In this document: piece by piece, positions 34,744 through 38,317 of the stretch
How the letters are laid out: each line of letters starts with the position of its first letter
Position numbering within the stretch: the stretch's first letter is position 1
From: Candidatus Micrarchaeota archaeon
Lineage (GTDB): Archaea > Micrarchaeota > Micrarchaeia > Anstonellales > Bilamarchaeaceae
Length of the DNA stretch: 38,317 nucleotides
Reading direction: 5' to 3'
Assembly (NCBI GenBank): GCA_018304385.1
Contig: JAGVWJ010000007.1
Location: 1 to 38,317, forward strand
Position numbers and translations under genes: made by a program
The notes under the pieces: model-generated
The model's input: only the letters and a program-made list of their open reading frames with translations
Database searches by the model: none
What the model was told of the DNA's origin: nothing

Positions 34744-35823
34744 GTACAGATGACTGAAACAAGCGGGTATATGACTGGATTTGATGCGAATGTTGTTGGG
34801 ACATTGGCACCTAACTACCAGTGGCTGCCAATGACGGTCCTTGTTTCATTTATCATTATAATACTGCACGGTACACTGCTTGGCATTGCCCATGCGTTTA
34901 GTGTTCAGGACCTCAAACGTCATGCTAAGGCAGAGATAGTTAATGCGTTTGCAACACTACTTATAGCTATATTTTTGGTGTATCTGGTTTTTGAGATACA
35001 AGAGTTTTCACTAAAATATTTCTTATGCGCTAGCAATCCACTTGACTCAAGTGCACCGCTACAATGCCCTAAGTTTGATTGCGGCGGCGATTCAGTAACA
35101 ATAGATCAGCTTACAAACTCAATTGATTTGCTAAAATGTAAGATGGGTGAAAGGGCAAATGAATTTTCTGGACTTCAAGAGGAGGTTACTAGTGCTGCAG
35201 CTGTTCCATTAGGCTTGCTTACTACCTATTTTAGTATTATTGGGATTCCGGTTTTTCAAGGAAACTATGTCACTTCTTGGTATCAGGAAGCAGAAACCTA
35301 TCGTTTGCTAAACAATTTTATGACTACGTTGATTATAGGAACAAATGCAGTTACTGTTATTGCAGATTATGTAAAGAACAACATGCTTTCATTTTATTTG
35401 CCTCTTGGATTATTGCTTAGATCATTTTATTTCACACGGAGTGTTGGTGCATTCTTAATGGCTTTAGCAATAGGCCTTTATTTTATTTATCCAATATTAT
35501 ATATTATTACTGACCCTGGTTTTGTAAGGCCTAGCTTTACTGCTCCACCACGGCCACCTGAATTGGAATCTCCTTTGTGTTATCCCACTCTTAGCACTGT
35601 TACATTTGCAATGTCATCTAGTTCAGTTGAAGCTGTTGCAACCTCAGGGGGTTCTACTCTTTCAGTTGCCCAGCTAAAATCAGAGGTATCAGAGCTTTAT
35701 CTATCTGTTTTCTTGCATCCATTTGTTGTATTTGCCATAACTATTGTATTTATTAGATATTTAATGAATATTTTAGGTGGTGAAACACAAGATCTGCTTA
35801 GAGCAGTAGGGAAGGTGATTTAG
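34741..35823 (+). CDS. Polytopic membrane protein, paralog 6 of 6
   Basis: DLKRHAKAEIVNAF; LRSFYFTRSVGAFLMA...YFIYP; C-terminal ILGGETQDLLRAVGKVI. Confidence 0.85.
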   Translation: MVQMTETSGYMTGFDANVVGTLAPNYQWLPMTVLVSFIIIILHGTLLGIAHAFSVQDLKRHAKAEIVNAFATLLIAIFLVYLVFEIQEFSLKYFLCASNPLDSSAPLQCPKFDCGGDSVTIDQLTNSIDLLKCKMGERANEFSGLQEEVTSAAAVPLGLLTTYFSIIGIPVFQGNYVTSWYQEAETYRLLNNFMTTLIIGTNAVTVIADYVKNNMLSFYLPLGLLLRSFYFTRSVGAFLMALAIGLYFIYPILYIITDPGFVRPSFTAPPRPPELESPLCYPTLSTVTFAMSSSSVEAVATSGGSTLSVAQLKSEVSELYLSVFLHPFVVFAITIVFIRYLMNILGGETQDLLRAVGKVI

Positions 35824-35910
35824 ATGAAATTGATGTATTTTAACAATCAGAGATCTGCAACGGGACATGAGCCCAAAACTCCTAGGCCCAAAGCTCGCGG
35901 CCCACGGCCC

Positions 35911-36438
35911 ATGGCAGAATTATTAAAGGCACTAGCTTTATTTTTGCCGTTAGTTTCTTGTGGCGGAGATCCAGATACTGAGACGTCAAAAGGCAACAGA
36001 GATGGTGGTGCACAACATGAAATGGATAGTAAACCCTCGGATAACAAATGCAGGTGGGTAGTACTTGCAGAAGAATCAACAATAGTTGCTTTAGATGAAA
36101 CAGCATATCTTTTTGTTAATGAGCGTGCTGGTTTCTCAAGGTTAGCAGCTACGCTTATAGAAGTTGGAAGCCTACTCTCTGTTCCAGAGGATCCTGAAGG
36201 TAGAAGTGAGAGGGCCCGTTTCCGCATTATCGCATATGATATTGCTGGTGTAAGATTATCACAACTTACTTATGATGTAAACAGAAACGAAGGATTTATT
36301 ATAGTGCCTCTTAACCGGCCAGGTAGAGAGCCTCGTGAAGAAGCCCATATAAGATTGCTGGATGCCATGACATCAGATGGTGTTTATTTTGATAGTACTG
36401 AAATAACTGCGCAGCTTAAAAGATGGGAATGCGAATAA
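35911..36438 (+). CDS. Putative lipoprotein (track start 35824 includes a heptamer-repeat tract)
   Basis: MAELLKALALFLPLVSCGG resembles a lipoprotein signal; ATG 35911 is in frame with 35824. Confidence 0.65.
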   Translation: MAELLKALALFLPLVSCGGDPDTETSKGNRDGGAQHEMDSKPSDNKCRWVVLAEESTIVALDETAYLFVNERAGFSRLAATLIEVGSLLSVPEDPEGRSERARFRIIAYDIAGVRLSQLTYDVNRNEGFIIVPLNRPGREPREEAHIRLLDAMTSDGVYFDSTEITAQLKRWECE

Positions 36439-36449
36439 ATGGTGTCAAT

Positions 36450-38317
36450 ATGAAAAAATATATTATTGCGTTTCTTTTTCTTTTCATTGCAGGTTGCCTA
36501 GAAAAACCACTTAGTTATGGTTGCTGCAATCTGGATGAGGAGACTAATACTTGTATTCCACCTCTTAAAGGTGAAACCTCTGATGGCGTAGAACTAATAG
36601 GAACTAATGAGTGTGATGCAGAGTCTGGTACATGCAATGTAACCATCCGTATAACAAAATTAAGGCCAGGTGCTGAGCCTATTATAGAAGAGGTGCAGCC
36701 CATAATTAATGTATGTACTAATAGGGTTAGTGGATGCAGAACTGCGAATTGCGTTGCCCAAGTCTGTGGTTCTTTTAGCTATCGTCCTACACCTATTCCC
36801 AGTGTTGCAGATGCAACTAAGTTTAGTGAAGAAGCAGAGCAAGAAGGCAAGGTAGATGCAATAGACGCAGCAGCAGAGGCCGTGCCAACGAATTTTTACG
36901 GTACAGTTTGTCATATGTTAAAAACAAACGAAACTCTTCAAACATTTTTAAAGAATTCCAAAGGTAGTTTTGTAAATACCTTTAGGGTTGGCATTGGAGA
37001 TAGCTTTGATGAATTTGACAATTACAGATATTTATTTCCTTATACAGACTCAGTTTGTAATGCTAATCCTGTTATAAAAGGCACTAAAGATAGATACATG
37101 AATTATCTATTGACACCAGGACAATTTCAGATTCATGTAAGTGATCCAGCCCTAGATCAAACTGATAATGGTCTTGAAGCTGAGGCATTCTGTTTGGAAG
37201 ATGCAGAAAGACCTTTCTTAGGGCCCCAATATAATGGTAATACCATTTCCGCATACAAGATGAAAAATATAACCAGAGAACCAATCGATTATAGTTATAA
37301 AGAATTAGATGTAAAATTCTATCTTAATTTTCTTTCCATAATGTATGCAGATCAGCTTGATACAGAATCCATAGGTGATGTTCCTTTGCCTGCGCCATTT
37401 GAGTGTGAAACTGGAATTGAATGTGCCTCAGGTTTTTGTAATTATAAAGATTATACTAGGGGCATATGCAAAAAAGATGACAGCTGGATCAGATGCAGCT
37501 GCAGTTCAGCTGCACGTGAATGCTTAGCATCAAACATATATATCGATTATCTTGATGATGTGAAGCCAACTACTGCTGATGAACTGCAAGAGCATGTTGA
37601 TGCGTATATTAATGATGGCGCAGAGTTTTATAAAAAACGTGATCGCCAGCTTAAATTAGAGTATGGGGAGGTAGATCCTGACTGTGATTTTTGGGCGAAT
37701 CCTACTGGTGATATTGATGGCGTACACTACGGTGTGCCAGCAGCAAATGGTGTGTACTTTCCGGTAGATTGTATTGTAGAAGATTATACTAGTTGGCGGA
37801 TTGTATGTACTTTGCCCCCTGAGGCTTCCTCCAATTCACAATTTTCTTATGTTTGCGAACCTGCAGGAGATAATTATGCGTGTAGAGAAAACGTTGAAGA
37901 TGCAACAGATACTATTACATGCGTTTTTGCGGATAATAACATGGTTTGTTCTATCTCATCATCTAGGGCATTTGATGATTGCCAATCAATAGGAGAGAAT
38001 AGTATTGGATGCGGATATGCTGCAGGAAGTCCAGGCGTTACTTGTAATATTGGAGAAGGTGGCAGTGTTGCGTGTACATCATTATATCCAAGTATAACCA
38101 TAACTTCATGTAGCTTTGATGGAAGCAGCACATTAACCTGTTCATCAACAGCTTCAAGGGTTTTTGGTGATTGCGAAGATAACAGTGGTACAAAATATTG
38201 CGGCAGCCAGGGGCAGCAGTTCGTTGATGGTCTTCTTGAGATAGATGGTTCAGATTTTAAGTATTTATTTGATCCTGACATTAGATTTTTTGGTTCTGAA
38301 AAACAAGGCATTAGCGG
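36450..38317 (+). CDS. Large Cys-rich putative lipoprotein, 3'-truncated by the window end; not in ORF track
   Basis: Manual translation from ATG 36450 (MKKYIIAFLFLFIAGCLEKPLSYGCC...) is open for 622 codons to the window end; lipobox FIAGC; many spaced cysteines. Confidence 0.88.
   Translation, partial: MKKYIIAFLFLFIAGCLEKPLSYGCCNLDEETNTCIPPLKGETSDGVELIGTNECDAESGTCNVTIRITKLRPGAEPIIEEVQPIINVCTNRVSGCRTANCVAQVCGSFSYRPTPIPSVADATKFSEEAEQEGKVDAIDAAAEAVPTNFYGTVCHMLKTNETLQTFLKNSKGSFVNTFRVGIGDSFDEFDNYRYLFPYTDSVCNANPVIKGTKDRYMNYLLTPGQFQIHVSDPALDQTDNGLEAEAFCLEDAERPFLGPQYNGNTISAYKMKNITREPIDYSYKELDVKFYLNFLSIMYADQLDTESIGDVPLPAPFECETGIECASGFCNYKDYTRGICKKDDSWIRCSCSSAARECLASNIYIDYLDDVKPTTADELQEHVDAYINDGAEFYKKRDRQLKLEYGEVDPDCDFWANPTGDIDGVHYGVPAANGVYFPVDCIVEDYTSWRIVCTLPPEASSNSQFSYVCEPAGDNYACRENVEDATDTITCVFADNNMVCSISSSRAFDDCQSIGENSIGCGYAAGSPGVTCNIGEGGSVACTSLYPSITITSCSFDGSSTLTCSSTASRVFGDCEDNSGTKYCGSQGQQFVDGLLEIDGSDFKYLFDPDIRFFGSEKQGIS

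Noticed and set aside
36515-37992. Short ORFs listed in the last 2 kb
   Set aside because: All lie within the single long plus-strand frame starting at 36450.
1-38317. CRISPR array, tRNA, rRNA, transposase, integrase, reverse transcriptase
   Set aside because: No regularly spaced 25-40 nt repeats with unique spacers, no cloverleaf or rRNA-like segment, and no catalytic motifs of these enzymes seen by eye.

Overview
Archaeal chromosomal window (GGTGA Shine-Dalgarno sites, TATA-like promoters, A/V-type ATP synthase, exosome superoperon). Gene content and divergence suggest a DPANN lineage such as Micrarchaeota; this is inference. Contents in order: (1) end of the ATP synthase operon atpA-atpB-[nucleoside phosphorylase]-atpD; (2) an envelope-related block (SIMPL, ankyrin, membrane-anchored ArsR-type regulator, DsbA); (3) the conserved SBDS-rrp4-rrp41-rrp42-rpl37ae-rpoP-Brix-pcc1-pfdB-DHH operon, including a 45-aa RpoP absent from the ORF track that lacks all four Zn-ribbon cysteines; (4) an 8-kb array of modular lipoproteins and surface proteins ending in a 1193-aa InlB-B-repeat protein; (5) a minus-strand block with purA, a Schlafen/AlbA-HATPase gene bracketed by 47-bp palindromic direct repeats, scpB, a CRTAC1/UnbV protein, AK6, a PIN/AbrB toxin-antitoxin pair and PadR; (6) a co-oriented operon of six paralogous polytopic membrane proteins with a VirB6/TrbL-like core, followed by two lipoproteins, one a Cys-rich ORF of at least 622 codons that runs off the window. 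Non-coding DNA carries degenerate 7-nt tandem repeats at gene junctions, a 93-nt hairpin element present twice 24 kb apart, and a triple-hairpin leader. Best candidate for an undescribed system: the six-paralog membrane array plus its Cys-rich lipoproteins, as a putative contact or secretion apparatus. No rRNA, tRNA, CRISPR array, transposase, integrase or reverse transcriptase was seen. All assignments are from motif recognition by eye; no searches were run.
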